Notes: generated by a model not told the origin, from the sequence alone. A DNA stretch of 64,000 nt from Alphaproteobacteria bacterium (GCA_964291215.2 OZ219791.1:416001-480000); one strand, 5' to 3'. Positions 44,658-56,092 are shown, counted from the stretch's first letter. Program-made: numbers and translations.

Positions 44658-46721
44658 CAAGGCGATCTTGGGCTAAACTCTGTTTGATTTTTCAAGGTAG
44701 TACTTGGGTTTTGCGGGCCGCGGGTTGGTGCGGGAGATTTTTTACAGTTTTCGCTGGCTTTCTTGCACTGGAGTTGTCATGATGCGGGAATGTCGGTTCA
44801 CAAGCACATCGCGTCCTGTCCGATTCACGTCGCAGCTCCGGAAGGGTTTCGCCTGTCCGAGGTTGAGGTTCGCCTGGCGAAGCCTGAGGAGCGTCCGCTG
44901 TGGGATGCGTTGATGGACGAGCATCATTATCTCGGGTTTCGCCGTCTGGCGGGACGCGGACTGCGCTATATTGCGTCCTTCAGGGGGCAGTGGCTGGGTC
45001 TGGCGGCGTGGCAGAACGGGGCCTTCAAGTGCCATCCGCGCGACCGGTGGATTGGCTGGAAGCCGGAGCAGCAGTTCCGGCGGCTTGATCTGATCGCGAA
45101 CAACACGCGACTGCTGGTGCTTGCGGCGCCGGGAACGTTTCCGAACCTTGCCTCCTTCTTTCTTGCGCATATGACGCGGCGGCTGGCCGACGATTGGCTG
45201 GAGGCCTACGGCCACCAGGTGGTTGTGGCGGAGACGTTCTGCGATCCGGCGCGTTTTGCGGGCACGTTGTACAAGGCGGCGGGCTGGAGTGCGCTGGGCC
45301 GGACCAAGGGGTTTGCCCGCGCCAACGGGCGCTACACTGACCCCCATGGTAAGCCCAAGGAGATTTTCGTTGTGCCGCTGCGGCGCGACGCCCGGCGGCT
45401 GCTGTCGCGTCCGCAGGCGCTGCCGGACGCGGTAGCGCCGCCTGCCTCGCCCGATCTCGCTCCCCGGGGTTCCGAGGTGATGCGTTCGCTGCACGACGAG
45501 CTGGCGGCGATCGAGGACTTCCGCCGCGCGCAGGGCAGGAAGCACACGGTGGCCTGCGTGCTCACGGTGCACATTCTCGCCGAGCTTGCGAACATGAAAG
45601 GCTGCCTCGCAGCTGCGCAGTTTGCGCGGTCGCTGTCTCAGGACGAGCTCGAGGCCATCGGCGCATGGCGGAACCCGAGGACGGAGCTGCGCGAACCGCC
45701 CTCCAAGGCGACCCTCCACCGGGTCGTCCAGTCGATCGATCTCGAGGCGCTCGAGGATGTGCTCGGCCGCGGGCGCCGGGTCCACCTCGCCCGAGCGCTT
45801 GCCGCCGACGGCAAGCGCATCCGCGGCGCCAACCGCGACGGCCACCACGAGACCGTGGCCCTTGTTGACCATGCCTCCGGCGCGCCCTTCGCACTGTTGA
45901 ATTTCGACGACGGCGAGCTGGCGGCCACGCACGACCTCCTCGAGCGCACCGATGTCCGCGGCAAGGTGATCACCCTCGACGCGCTGCACACGACGCGCAA
46001 GACGGCGACGCTGATCACTCGGCGCTGCGGCGCAGACTATGTCTTCTCGATCAAGGGCAATGCGCCCGAAACCTTCGACATCCTCGACGGCATCGACTGG
46101 GAGACGGATGCCAGCGCCCGCTTCAAGGAGGAGTTCGACAAGCGCCTCGAGCAGCGATCGATACGTGTCCTGACGCCGCTCAAGGGCTTGATCAACTACC
46201 CCGGCATCAGCCAGATCGCCCGCATCAAGCGCTACCGTGAGCCGCTGGGAAAGAGCGCCAGCGGCGCAGCGAGCGGCAACGACTGTACCGAATACATCAT
46301 CACCTCGCTCGATACGCAACACGCGTCGCCAGAGGAACTGCTGCGGCTCAATCGCGGGCACCGGGCTGTGGAAAACATGAACCACCGAGACTGCGTCTTC
46401 GGCGAAGACGCCTGCCTGACCCGCCCCGCAAACCGCGCCAACCTCGACAACATCGCGCTCGCGGTGATCTTCGCCAACCGACGCGAGAGCCTCGCCGAAA
46501 CACGGCGGCGGCTCGACCGCCGGGAAGCCGTCGCAGCCCTGAGCGCCAATGGTGTCCGGCCGATTCCCGGACGCCGCCCACAACCCGCCCGCATTCCGAA
46601 AACAACCCGCCCACGCGCCGGCGACGACCGCGGACGGCCCCGAATCCGGAAAACCCGGCACGCTGTGAAACCTCCGGACAGCAGAAGACAGCAAAATTGA
46701 ATGCAGCGTGGGAAACACCTG
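44658..46721 (+). mobile_element. ISAs1-family element encoding a DUF4338 (DruA-like) domain fused to an ISAs1 DDE transposase (ORF about 44790-46700)
   Basis: 9-bp TSD GCTCACGCC; HHYLG..RDRWIGW..NNTR..GTLYKAAGW; ADGKRIRG, ITLDALHT, YVFSIKGN, HGR/LEQR. Confidence 0.85.
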
Positions 46722-48093
46722 GCTCACGCCTGATGGCAGGACCGTTGCTCACACAGGGAACATGGCATTGTCGGGTGCGCTGCTTCACCCCCGGATTTAT
46801 GCAGGGCTCCTTTCCGCGCTGGGGGTCCCCCCGACCGACCTAGCCAACCTGGGCGATCCTGCCAACGCCGCCGCCTTCCAGTTCATCCTGGGTACATTGT
46901 CGCAAGAGCCGGCGGCACTCTTCGATACAGGCGTCCCTGGTGCTTCCGGCGATGCCAGCGTCTCTGTCTCGCCCAACGTGGGGGGCACTCGTGGTGCTTA
47001 CAGGATTCGATCTCACCTGGCGCAGGAAGACACCGATCACGGCAACCCGTCCATTACTGTCAGGGATGTGGTGGATCGAACAGCCCTGAAGGAATTCGTT
47101 ACGGAAGCGGGCGAATACTCCATAGCGACCCAGCAGAGCGGGTATGCGGCCGCTCTCTCGAAAATCAGGGTCGCCTTGCGGAATCCGAACGGGCCTTGGC
47201 GGCACGGTTCCATGTATCTCTACATCTTGGATCGTACCACCAACGTCGTCCTATTTCACGCAACGGAGCCGGATACGGTGGAGCTTTTTCCTTTCGTAGG
47301 GCGGGCCCGGGACGGTGTGACCGGGGAACTCATTCTGCCGAAGGTTATCGCCGCGGCGACCAGCAGTCCGGAAGGCGGCTTCGTGGAGGATTACTATGAC
47401 GAGCCCGCCGACGACACCGACAGGGTCGACATCCCCAAGACAGGCTACGCCCGCGAGTTTGTCCGCCCATACCGGCGGCCAGATGGAAGCACGTTCCCCC
47501 TGAACTACATCATCGGGTCGGGTTTTTTCGGGAACCCAACCGACACGGTCGCGGGGGGCGGAAACGCGGTCATCGAGTCGGTGCTGCCCCAGGCCATGCG
47601 GGCCATGACAGCGAGCACGGTCGATGCCGTCTCGGGCCGCATTCGGCAGGCGACGTCGGACACCCCCGCCGGAGAAGAACATGAGCCTCGGCGATGCCTC
47701 CACCCTTTCTCATGACCTGCAGGCACACGGGCGGGCGCTGGAGAACGGCACCTTCGATTCCGGCCGGCTGCTCGGGCTCGTCCTTCACCCTGCCGCTCAA
47801 CGCGGCAGGTGCCGGAGGGAGCGGTCTGTTCAGGGATATGACGTTCTGGGATAACTGCTTGCCCCTGCTGGTCATGGATTGCCGTTCCTGACGGCGTTCG
47901 GGGTCAAGCATCTTTTCTCGTCCCCTTCCCTCACCGATTGCCGGAAACCGGAGGTGCGGGTTCCGATGGGCAAGAACCGTTCCGGTCTTCGGCCGGTCTT
48001 GCTTTCCAGCCGGTGGCGCCGGGTCTGCAATGCGGTACCGAGCCCGCGGCGCGGGTTCCATCGTGCCGGCTGAGGAATCCGGCGGTGCAGCTT

Positions 48094-48700
48094 CAGATGT
48101 CCTGACCTCGGGATTCTGGCAGCCAAGAACCATGAGCTTCCGGCGGCCGTTCAGGCGGGCTTCGGAGGCAGTTCGTAGACCATGCGGAGCTCGGTTCCAG
48201 GAAAGCAGGTGCCGGTTTCGTTGAGTTCCTTCAGCAGCCCCCGATGTCGGAGTCGCCAGCGTTGCAGGCGGATCCGAGGATGCGCACCCGGAGGATCCCC
48301 GGTTCAGGTTCGGGGAGGATGTCGGCGTCGGCCAGGACTTTCCCACGCTGCATTCGATCTTGCCGACTGCTGATGGAGGGAGGTTGCGCAGCCTGCCGGG
48401 TTTTCTGGCCGCGGGGCTGTCCACGGGTCGCCACAGCCGGAAAACCTGTCAGGAATGCGGAAATTTGTGCCCCGTTCAGCGGTAATTCAAAACATCAACC
48501 ACAGCGTGGGAAAGTCCTGCGGCGTCGGCCTGCAGCAGGGAGCGGAGGGGTCTTCGCGGGCGCAGTTTTCTGCCCTGCTCCTTCGCCACGGTCGCGATCC
48601 TCCGGGTTTCGGTGCGGTAGGCGATCATGCGCAGGATGTCGAGCCAGTACTTCTCGCGGGACGGAAGAGAATCGAGGGCCGGATCGGCGGCGAGTTCCTG
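48094..48700 (-). mobile_element. C-terminal remnant and right end of an unclassified transposase element
   Basis: LRMIAYRTET..SLLQADA/DILPEP..GILRVRI..LNETGTCFPGTELRMVYEL; end CAGATGTCCTGACCTCGG. Confidence 0.7.
48333..48519. repeat. MITE type B, intact copy
   Basis: 18-bp perfect TIR CAGGACTTTCCCACGCTG; 10-bp TSD CGGCGTCGGC. Confidence 0.9.
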
Positions 48701-48831
48701 AACACGAACGCCGTCAGGAAAGGCGATCAATGATCAGCAGGGGCGAACAGTTACCTTTTTTCACAAATCGTGCAACTGGGGCCCGGAAGCCGTCCGTTTC
48801 CGCCCCCGATGCAACAGCGAAGGAGGGATAC

Positions 48832-49968
48832 ATGCGACGCCTCAGCCAGCGGCGAGTAGACAGCCTCAAGCCGAAAAAGGCAGCCTACGAGGCACGTGAC
48901 GCGGAACTGAGGGGTTTCGGCGTCCGGGTCCTCCCGTCAGGAACAAGGCGGTACTTCGTCCACCATCAGCACGAGGGCAGGCGGGCTTGGAAGACGATCG
49001 GCGATGCGGACAAGATGACCGAGCCCGAAGCCCGCAGGCACGCCGCGTCAATCATTGCCATGCTGGGAAACGGAGAGAAGGGGCCGGAGCCCGGCGATAT
49101 CCTGTTCGAGGATTTTGCCGAGGAAGTGTTCCGGCGTTACGGGCGCAATTGGAAGCCGCGGACGCTGACGGTCAGCCGGAGCTATCTGAGGAATCAGATT
49201 CTGCCGTATTTCGGAGGGCGGCCGATTTCGGAGATCACGAGGAAGGATGTGCAGAGCTGGTTTTCCTCCCTGCACGCGACGCCGGTGGCCGCCGACCGGT
49301 CGGCCCCGGTTCTTTCGGTCATCCTGCGCCAGGCGGAGGTCTACGGTCATCGCCCCGAAGGGAGCAATCCCTGCGTGAACATCCGACGCTACCGGCGCCG
49401 CGGTCGCGACCGCTTCCTATCGCGGGAGGAGCTGGGCCGGCTCGCAGGCGTGCTGGCAGAACACGAGGCCGATGCCTCCGACAAGACAGCGATCATCCGG
49501 CTTCTCATTCTCACCGGCTGCCGCAAGGGGGAGGTCCTCTATCTGGAGTGGCGGGACTACCGCGAGGGGAAGTTGTATCTGCCCGACAGCAAGACCGGTC
49601 CGCGACGGGTGTTCCTGAACTCGGAGGCAGGGGCTATCATCGCTCGCAAGGCCAAGATCGCGAGCCTCTATGTATTTCCGTCGCCGAGGGACATGAACCG
49701 CGCCAGGAGCGATGGAAGTCTCGATGCCTTCTGGCGCCGGGTTCGCAACCGGGCCGGGCTGCATGATGTCCGCCTTCACGATCTTCGTCATACGGTGGCA
49801 AGCCAGGCGGTACTTGCAGGCGTGCCGCTTCCTGTCGTCTCAAAGCTCCTCGGTCACAGCCAGGCGAGCATGACGCTCCGCTACGCCCATGTCCATGACG
49901 CCGAGACGCAGGCGGCCGCGGAACGGGTCGGCAACATCATCGCGGAAATATGCGGGTTTCCGCAGTAG
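48832..49968 (+). CDS. Tyrosine recombinase/integrase, apparently intact
   Basis: TGCRKGE, DSKTG, LHDLRH, LLGH, TLRYAH; RBS GGAGG. Confidence 0.9.
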   Translation: MRRLSQRRVDSLKPKKAAYEARDAELRGFGVRVLPSGTRRYFVHHQHEGRRAWKTIGDADKMTEPEARRHAASIIAMLGNGEKGPEPGDILFEDFAEEVFRRYGRNWKPRTLTVSRSYLRNQILPYFGGRPISEITRKDVQSWFSSLHATPVAADRSAPVLSVILRQAEVYGHRPEGSNPCVNIRRYRRRGRDRFLSREELGRLAGVLAEHEADASDKTAIIRLLILTGCRKGEVLYLEWRDYREGKLYLPDSKTGPRRVFLNSEAGAIIARKAKIASLYVFPSPRDMNRARSDGSLDAFWRRVRNRAGLHDVRLHDLRHTVASQAVLAGVPLPVVSKLLGHSQASMTLRYAHVHDAETQAAAERVGNIIAEICGFPQ

Positions 49969-49994
49969 GCAACCGCACGGAATTTCCGGTAAAG

Positions 49995-50697
49995 CAGGGC
50001 GAATCGAAACAGTGCTCGTGACGCAGATCACGCTGCGTGCAAGAGGTGCAGCAGGGTCAAGGCACGTCTCCGGAGGTGCGTCGGAATCCCCGACGTCAGC
50101 GGCGAAGCAACGACGGCGATCCTCCGGCCATGACATGTCCGTCTTCCCCTCGGCTCGGCACTGCGCCGCACGGGCTGGGCCCTGCCCCGGCGACAACGAA
50201 AGCGCCGGTGCGGCGCAGTGGACGAATCCGGCGCGGCAACCCGACCCTGCGCGCGATCCTCATCGAATGCGCGCACGCGGCTCATCTGGACCAAGAGCTA
50301 CCATGATGCCGTCAGGAGCCGCCGCGGCTACAAGCACGCTGTCGTCGCGACCGCCCACAAGATGCTGCGCACGATCCATGCCATGTTGCGCGACGGCAAG
50401 GCGTAAGCCGATCCCGGGTTCGACTACGGAGCGATCTCGATCGACCGCAAGACCAGCCGCCGGCTGAAAGGGCTCAACCAGTATGGATACGTCGAGACAC
50501 TGGAAAGACACGGGCAGCACGGGAGGCCCCGGAATGCCCGAACATGCCAGAACCCGGCGTCGTCAGACGCCTCCACCGGCAAACCACGAGGCCGCTCCCG
50601 GGGAACCCGATCAACAAACCCTCGGTGCCGGCAACTCCGCTGACCGCCGTCATGGTATTTTTCGCGTCTTTGTGTTCAAGGGTGACGGTTCGTCAGC
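49995..50697 (+). mobile_element. IS110-family 3' remnant with downstream non-coding end, inserted into an IS4 remnant
   Basis: SGRIRRGNPTLRAILIECAHAA, RGYKHAVVATAHKMLRTIHAML; flanks rejoin as ISGK..AISRAR. Confidence 0.7.
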
Positions 50698-51290
50698 AAT
50701 CTCGCGGGCGCGGCGTCGTTTTCGGCATCTCACGAGAGCTGCGTGGCGCCTCTGGCGCATTCCGGGGCGGCTGACGCGTGGTACCGGGGGTTGCGCACGC
50801 CCAGCCCCTTTGACGGCTGGTCGCTAGTTGCCCGACGAGGCGCGCAACGCGAGGAGTTCGGCCTTCCGGGCTCGTTACGCGGCAACTCGGCGTTTCCGCA
50901 GGCGCGGCTAACAAAGATGGTAGAGGGCGGCACGCACGCGGCCTTTGTCTGACATGCCGGGCCGTTTGCCGAAAGCGAGGCAGAGCAGGCCGAACAACTC
51001 CTCGGGTGCCTGTCGTCCGGGGTGCTGGTGCTCGCGGACCGCTATTATTCCGACTTTCTCCCGCTGTGGTCACGGGCCGCGGGGACGGGCGCGGACCTGC
51101 TGTGGCGATTCAAGAGTAACATGAAATTCCCGGTCATCGAGGAATTCGATGACGGCTCGCGGCGGAGCGTGTTCCGCGGCAGCGGCAGCGACCGCCGGCG
51201 AAGCCGCGGTGAGCTTCCGCTGCGGGTCGTCACCTACCGGAGCAAGGACAGCGACGAGCCCACGATGTTTGCCACCTCCCCGCTCGATCA
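50696..51290 (+). mobile_element. IS4-family transposase remnant
   Basis: AISRARRR, AWYRGLR, SAFPQAR..EGGTH, LVLADRYY..GADLLWR. Confidence 0.75.
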
Positions 51291-51580
51291 CCGACGCCGC
51301 ATGGCTGCGGGCTTCCGGCTCGGTAACGTTGTCCGCATCGCCGATCGTCTTCCATACCCGTCTGCGCTCGTGGTGATGTTGGACGAAGTGCCGCCTTGTT
51401 CCTGATGGGAGGCCCCGGACGCCGAACCCCTTCAGTACCGGGTTGCGCACCTCCTAAGCCTGCCGTTTTGGGCTTGAGATTGTCTACTCGCCGCTGGCTG
51501 AGACGCCGCACGTTTCTCTCCCTCGCTCTGTTGCATCGGGGGTGGAAACGGGATTCGACCAAGTCCTGATTGCATGGTTC
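51290..51580 (-). pseudogene. 5' fragment plus upstream region of an integrase paralogous to 48832-49968 (inverted)
   Basis: RRLSQRRVDNLKPK, GFGVRGLPSGTRRHFV, WKTIGDADNVTEPEAR. Confidence 0.8.
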
Positions 51581-51593
51581 AGGGAGGAGTAAC

Positions 51594-52619
51594 ATGAAAA
51601 AGCAGTTTCTTACCACCACGGCACTGGTTGCCGCGAGCGTGCTGGTGCTTTCCGGCGGCGCGGTTGCGGACGACAAGATGATGAAGCCGTCGCTCAAGAT
51701 CGGCGGCGTCTTCGAGCAGGGCATCGGCTTCCAGAAAGCCGACAGCGATGATAAGGGCATTGATGACGGCCAGGTCGTCCAGCAGGAAGACGGCGAGATC
51801 CACTTCATTGCCTCGATGAAGCTCGACAACGGCATCACCGTTTCCGGCAAGGCCGAACTCGAAAGTGACGCCGAGAATTCCAGTAGCTCGCAGTGGATCG
51901 ACGAAAGCTACATGGACGTCACGGGCTCGTTCGGCAAGATCCGCATCGGCGCGACCGACGGCGCGGCTTACGAGATGGCCTATGGCTACATGGGCCATGT
52001 CGGCACCGCGACCGGACATCTCAATCTCGAGTTTGACAGTAGTCTGTCCGGCATGGGCCTTAGTATTGGACGCGGAATTCCGCGCCTTTCGAACGATGAC
52101 AAGGCGGTCGTGTATTTCACGCCGCGCATCAGCGGGCTTCAGGGCGGCGTGTCCTACGCGCAGACAGCAGGCGGTCGTGAAGACATCGTCTCTACCGCCG
52201 TCAACTACAACGGCAAGTTCGGCGATGCCGGCGTCGGGGCCGCCGTGGGTTATGCCGTCGGCAACGGCGAAGGCGCTACCGCCGACGCGACCATGATAAC
52301 CGCCGGCCTCAAGGCTGACTTTGGAGGCTTCACCGCCGCCGCTGGCATTGTCCGCAACAGCAAGGACGACAACACGGCCGACGAGGACTTCACCCGTACC
52401 GATGTCGGTCTCCGCTACAAGTTCGGTCCGAATGCCGTCCGGGTTGGCTATATCCAGCTTTCCGATGACGCTATGGTCGACCAGAACGGAGCCATCATGA
52501 CGTTCTCGCGTTCGCTCGGCCCCGGCGTCAGCTGGTCTCTGGATGCGCTGATGACCAAAAACAAAGAGATGAAGAAGGACGGCTCTTTCTTCGGGACCAG
52601 CGTCCAGATCAAGTTCTGA
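51594..52619 (+). CDS. Outer-membrane porin, copy 1
   Basis: Signal peptide MKKQFLTTTALVAA, KLDNGITV, DESY..GSFG..IG, YFTPRISGLQGGVSY, C-terminal F. Confidence 0.9.
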   Translation: MKKQFLTTTALVAASVLVLSGGAVADDKMMKPSLKIGGVFEQGIGFQKADSDDKGIDDGQVVQQEDGEIHFIASMKLDNGITVSGKAELESDAENSSSSQWIDESYMDVTGSFGKIRIGATDGAAYEMAYGYMGHVGTATGHLNLEFDSSLSGMGLSIGRGIPRLSNDDKAVVYFTPRISGLQGGVSYAQTAGGREDIVSTAVNYNGKFGDAGVGAAVGYAVGNGEGATADATMITAGLKADFGGFTAAAGIVRNSKDDNTADEDFTRTDVGLRYKFGPNAVRVGYIQLSDDAMVDQNGAIMTFSRSLGPGVSWSLDALMTKNKEMKKDGSFFGTSVQIKF

Positions 52620-52650
52620 CGGCTGTTTCCGTCGATTGCGTTTCGGAAGG

Positions 52651-52677
52651 GCGGCTTCGGCCGCCTTTCCTTTTTTC
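52651..52677 (+). terminator. Intrinsic terminator of porin copy 1 (stem begins near 52645)
   Basis: GGAAGGGCGGC-TTCG-GCCGCCTTTCC followed by a T-run. Confidence 0.85.
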
Positions 52678-53037
52678 AGTGTACCGCGCAAGATCGGCGG
52701 CCGCGCAAGTGCACATACGAAAGATCATGATAGCATTGCCGCTCTGTGCCGTATTGGTGGTCACGGTCTTTGCTGACGAACCGTCACGTCACCCCTGAAC
52801 ACGAAGACGCGAAAAACACCATGACGGCGGTCAGCGGAGCTGCCGGCGCGGCGGTGGGATTAAAAGTCGGGGGCATGACCGGGGGGCACCCACCGCGATA
52901 ATTGGAGGGGTAATTGGGGTGCGGCTTGCACGATGGGGACCATCAAAGGAAACCGCGGCTATCAGAATGCCATTGACAAACGACGCCTCAATGGCCACGG
53001 CAGTGGTGGTTCGTGTCCACATCCCACCAAGGAAAGG

Positions 53038-53225
53038 CAGGACTTTCCCACGCTGTGGTTGATGTTTTGAATGACCGCTGAACGGGGCACAAATTTCCGC
53101 ATTCTTGCCAGGTTTTCTGGCTGCCACGACCCGTGGACGGCCCCGCGGCCAGAAAACCCGGCAGGGTTGAGCCTGTACAGCCCATCAGCAGTCGAAAAGA
53201 TAGAATGCTGCGGGGAAAAGTCCTG
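53038..53225. repeat. MITE type B copy
   Basis: CAGGACTTT ends; flanks AAGGAAAGG / AAGGAAAGC. Confidence 0.85.
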
Positions 53226-53337
53226 AAGGAAAGCCTCTAATCTATAGGGGCTTGACCTAAAAGTCCAGTCTATCCGCAATACATGGGATTTTTGCTCGAT
53301 CAGATACGAAATTGGCACAGGATATGGTATTTTGAGT

Positions 53338-54954
53338 GTAACTGCTCACCCCCTGGTTCCGGCTTGATGTCGGGGTAGAGTAACGAACGGGTTTTCGTGG
53401 AGATTTGACACTGCATGCCGATTCGCTTAGTGGTGGTCATCGAGAACGACGGGGACCGCCAGTGGGCTACTTTGGATCGAAGGCGACGAGCGGGCTGTGC
53501 CAGCTGCTTCCGGGGCTCCGCATGATCTGTATGTGGAAACGCATCTCGGAGGCGGCGCGCTGATGAAGCGCAAGGCCGGGTGATGGCGACGGTCAACGCG
53601 GCGCGCGAGGAGTTCGAAGCGGCCAGGATCGCGGCGCTGCGTGCGGCCGGCAAGGTGGCGGAAGAGGCCGTCATCCGCGTCCTCGTCATCCTGCTCGACA
53701 TCCTCATCGTCGTCCTTCTGGAGAAGACCACGCGCAAAACGAGCCGGAACTCCGGTCTGCCGCCGTCACAGACGGACAAGAGCGTGCCGGGAGCAACGGC
53801 AAGGGCCCGAAGCCAAACCGGCAGATGGGCGACAACCTGCGCAAGACCATCGTCGAGGAGACGGTCGCGGTCGATGCCTGCGACGCCTGCGGCGCTGACA
53901 TCGACGGCGTCGACCCCGTCGATCGGGAGCGCCGCGTCCTCTACGACATCGTGTTCGAGGTCGTCGAGCGCCGCGCCGAGATCAAGGAATGCCCGAAGTG
54001 CAAGGCCCGAACCAAGGGCCGGTTCCCCGAAAACATCCCGTGCAGTACGGCATCGGCATCCAAGCCCTCGTCATCAACCTGCTGGTCGCCCAAATGCTGT
54101 CCCTGCGCCGTGCCGTCGCGTTCGTGCAGGCGATCTCCGGCATCAAGCTCTCCGAGGCAACCTGCCTCGGCTATGCTTTCACGATGCGCTCGTGTCATGG
54201 GAGGAGGCCGCCGTGGCGCACCTCCTGCAACGCCCGGCCCTGCATGTCGATGAGACCGGCTTTCGGATCAACAGCAAGTGGCTCCATGTCGTGGGACCCT
54301 GACGTGCAAGTTCCCGCACCGCAAGCGCGGCCGGGAGGCAAGAGATCGGCATCATCCCGTGCTACAAGGGCGTCCTGACTGCTGGGCCTCGTACATGGGC
54401 CAGTGTAGCCACCAGCTGTGCGGCAGCCACCTGCTGCGCGAACTGACCTTTGTCGTCGAGGCTACCGCTGGGCGCGACTTATGAAGAGCCTGCTCCCTGC
54501 CACAAGGTCAACAAGAGCGCATCCAAAACCCTGAACGAGGCCGACCTCCGGGCCGTGCGCAAGCGCTACCGCACCATCCTCACGCAGGGCGCCAGGGAAC
54601 TGCCCGATATCCCGCCGCCGCCGAAAGGAAAACGTGGACGCAAGTCCGACGCGCACAACCTGCACGAACGTCTCGTGAAACACGAAAACCTGCGCTTCAC
54701 AGACGAACCCAACGTCAGCTTCACCAACAATGCCGGAGAACAGAAGATCAGGATGGCAAAGGTCAAGCTCAAGGTGTCTGGATGCTTCCGCTCCACGCAA
54801 AAGCATGGTGCCGGAGCTCAAGCTACCTCACCTCCATGGCCGCACTCGGCTACAACCCACTCGTCGCCACCCAGATCGCCCTCGACGGAAAAGCCGCAGA
54901 CATCATCAACGAGCACTATGGCCAATCAGAACCCAACAAGGGGTGAGTAGATAC
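53338..54954 (+). mobile_element. IS66-family element copy 2 (both ends present, transposase frameshifted)
   Basis: IRs GTAACTGCTCACCCC / GGGGTGAGTAGATAC; 8-bp TSD TTTTGAGT; LHVDETGFR, SFTNNAGEQ. Confidence 0.92.
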
Positions 54955-55011
54955 TTTTGAGTTAGCCCCTGACTGCTGATCGCACTTCGGCATTCTCCTA
55001 ATATAATCCCC

Positions 55012-55042
55012 AAAAGGAAGGGCGGCCGAAGCCGCCCTTCCG
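55012..55042 (-). terminator. Intrinsic terminator of porin copy 2
   Basis: Perfect hairpin GGAAGGGCGGC-TTCG-GCCGCCCTTCC-TTTT on the minus strand. Confidence 0.85.
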
Positions 55043-55066
55043 AAACGCAACCGACGGAAACAGCCG

Positions 55067-56092
55067 TCAGAACTTGATCTGGACGCTGGTCCCGAAGAAA
55101 GAGCCGTCCTTCTTCATCTCTTTGTTTTTGGTCATCAGCGCATCCAGAGACCAGCTGACGCCGGGGCCGAGCGAACGCGAGAACGTCATGATGGCTCCGT
55201 TCTGGTCGACCATAGCGTCATCGGAAAGCTGGATATAGCCAACCCGGACGGCATTCGGACCGAACTTGTAGCGGAGACCGACATCGGTACGGGTGAAGTC
55301 CTCGTCGGCCGTGTTGTCGTCCTTGCTGTTGCGGACAATGCCAGCGGCGGCGGTGAAGCCTCCAAAGTCAGCCTTGAGGCCGGCGGTTATCATGGTCGCG
55401 TCGGCGGTAGCGCCTTCGCCGTTGCCGACGGCATAACCCACGGCGGCCCCGACGCCGGCATCGCCGAACTTGCCGTTGTAGTTGACGGCGGTAGAGACGA
55501 TGTCTTCACGACCGCCTGCTGTCTGCGCGTAGGACACGCCGCCCTGAAGCCCGCTGATGCGCGGCGTGAAATACATGACCGCCTTGTCATCGTTCGAAAG
55601 GCGCGGAATTCCGCGTCCAATACTAAGGCCCATGCCGGACAGACTACTGTCAAACTCGAGATTGAGATGTCCGGTCGCGGTGCCGACATGGCCCATGTAG
55701 CCATAGGCCATCTCGTAAGCCGCGCCGTCGGTCGCGCCGATGCGGATCTTGCCGAACGAGCCCGTGACGTCCATGTAGCTTTCGTCGATCCACTGCGAGC
55801 TACTGGAATTCTCGGCGTCACTTTCGAGTTCGGCCTTGCCGGAAACGGTGATGCCGTTGTCGAGCTTCATCGAGGCAATGAAGTGGATCTCGCCGTCTTC
55901 CTGCTGGACGACCTGGCCGTCATCAATGCCCTTATCATCGCTGTCGGCTTTCTGGAAGCCGATGCCCTGCTCGAAGACGCCGCCGATCTTGAGCGACGGC
56001 TTCATCATCTTGTCGTCCGCAACCGCGCCGCCGGAAAGCACCAGCACGCTCGCGGCAACCAGTGCCGTGGTGGTAAGAAACTGCTTTTTCAT
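55067..56092 (-). CDS. Outer-membrane porin, copy 2
   Basis: Same protein as copy 1 except KAVMYF versus KAVVYF. Confidence 0.9.
   Translation of the reverse strand: MKKQFLTTTALVAASVLVLSGGAVADDKMMKPSLKIGGVFEQGIGFQKADSDDKGIDDGQVVQQEDGEIHFIASMKLDNGITVSGKAELESDAENSSSSQWIDESYMDVTGSFGKIRIGATDGAAYEMAYGYMGHVGTATGHLNLEFDSSLSGMGLSIGRGIPRLSNDDKAVMYFTPRISGLQGGVSYAQTAGGREDIVSTAVNYNGKFGDAGVGAAVGYAVGNGEGATADATMITAGLKADFGGFTAAAGIVRNSKDDNTADEDFTRTDVGLRYKFGPNAVRVGYIQLSDDAMVDQNGAIMTFSRSLGPGVSWSLDALMTKNKEMKKDGSFFGTSVQIKF

Larger units (their letters stand above)
42558..47850 (+). pseudogene. Exported Cache-repeat protein, probably autotransporter-like; pieces 42558-42878, 44641-44657 and 46731-47850
   Basis: Signal peptide; removing the two IS and one copy of each TSD gives GPWRSGSTY-IVQ-LTPDGR; second repeat GPWRHGSMYLY..GGFVEDYYD..IIGSG. 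Confidence 0.7.
47851..48754. mobile_element. Element bounded by about 50-bp imperfect IRs with IS66-like (G/A)TAAC ends; contains nested remnants
   Basis: ATAACTGCTTGCCCCTGCTGGTCAT.. versus the reverse complement of ..ATGATCAGCAGGGGCGAACAGTTAC; no TSD seen. Confidence 0.7.

Noticed and set aside
44790-45420. Druantia defence system
   Set aside because: The DruA-like domain lies inside a TSD-bounded ISAs1 and no DruE helicase is present.
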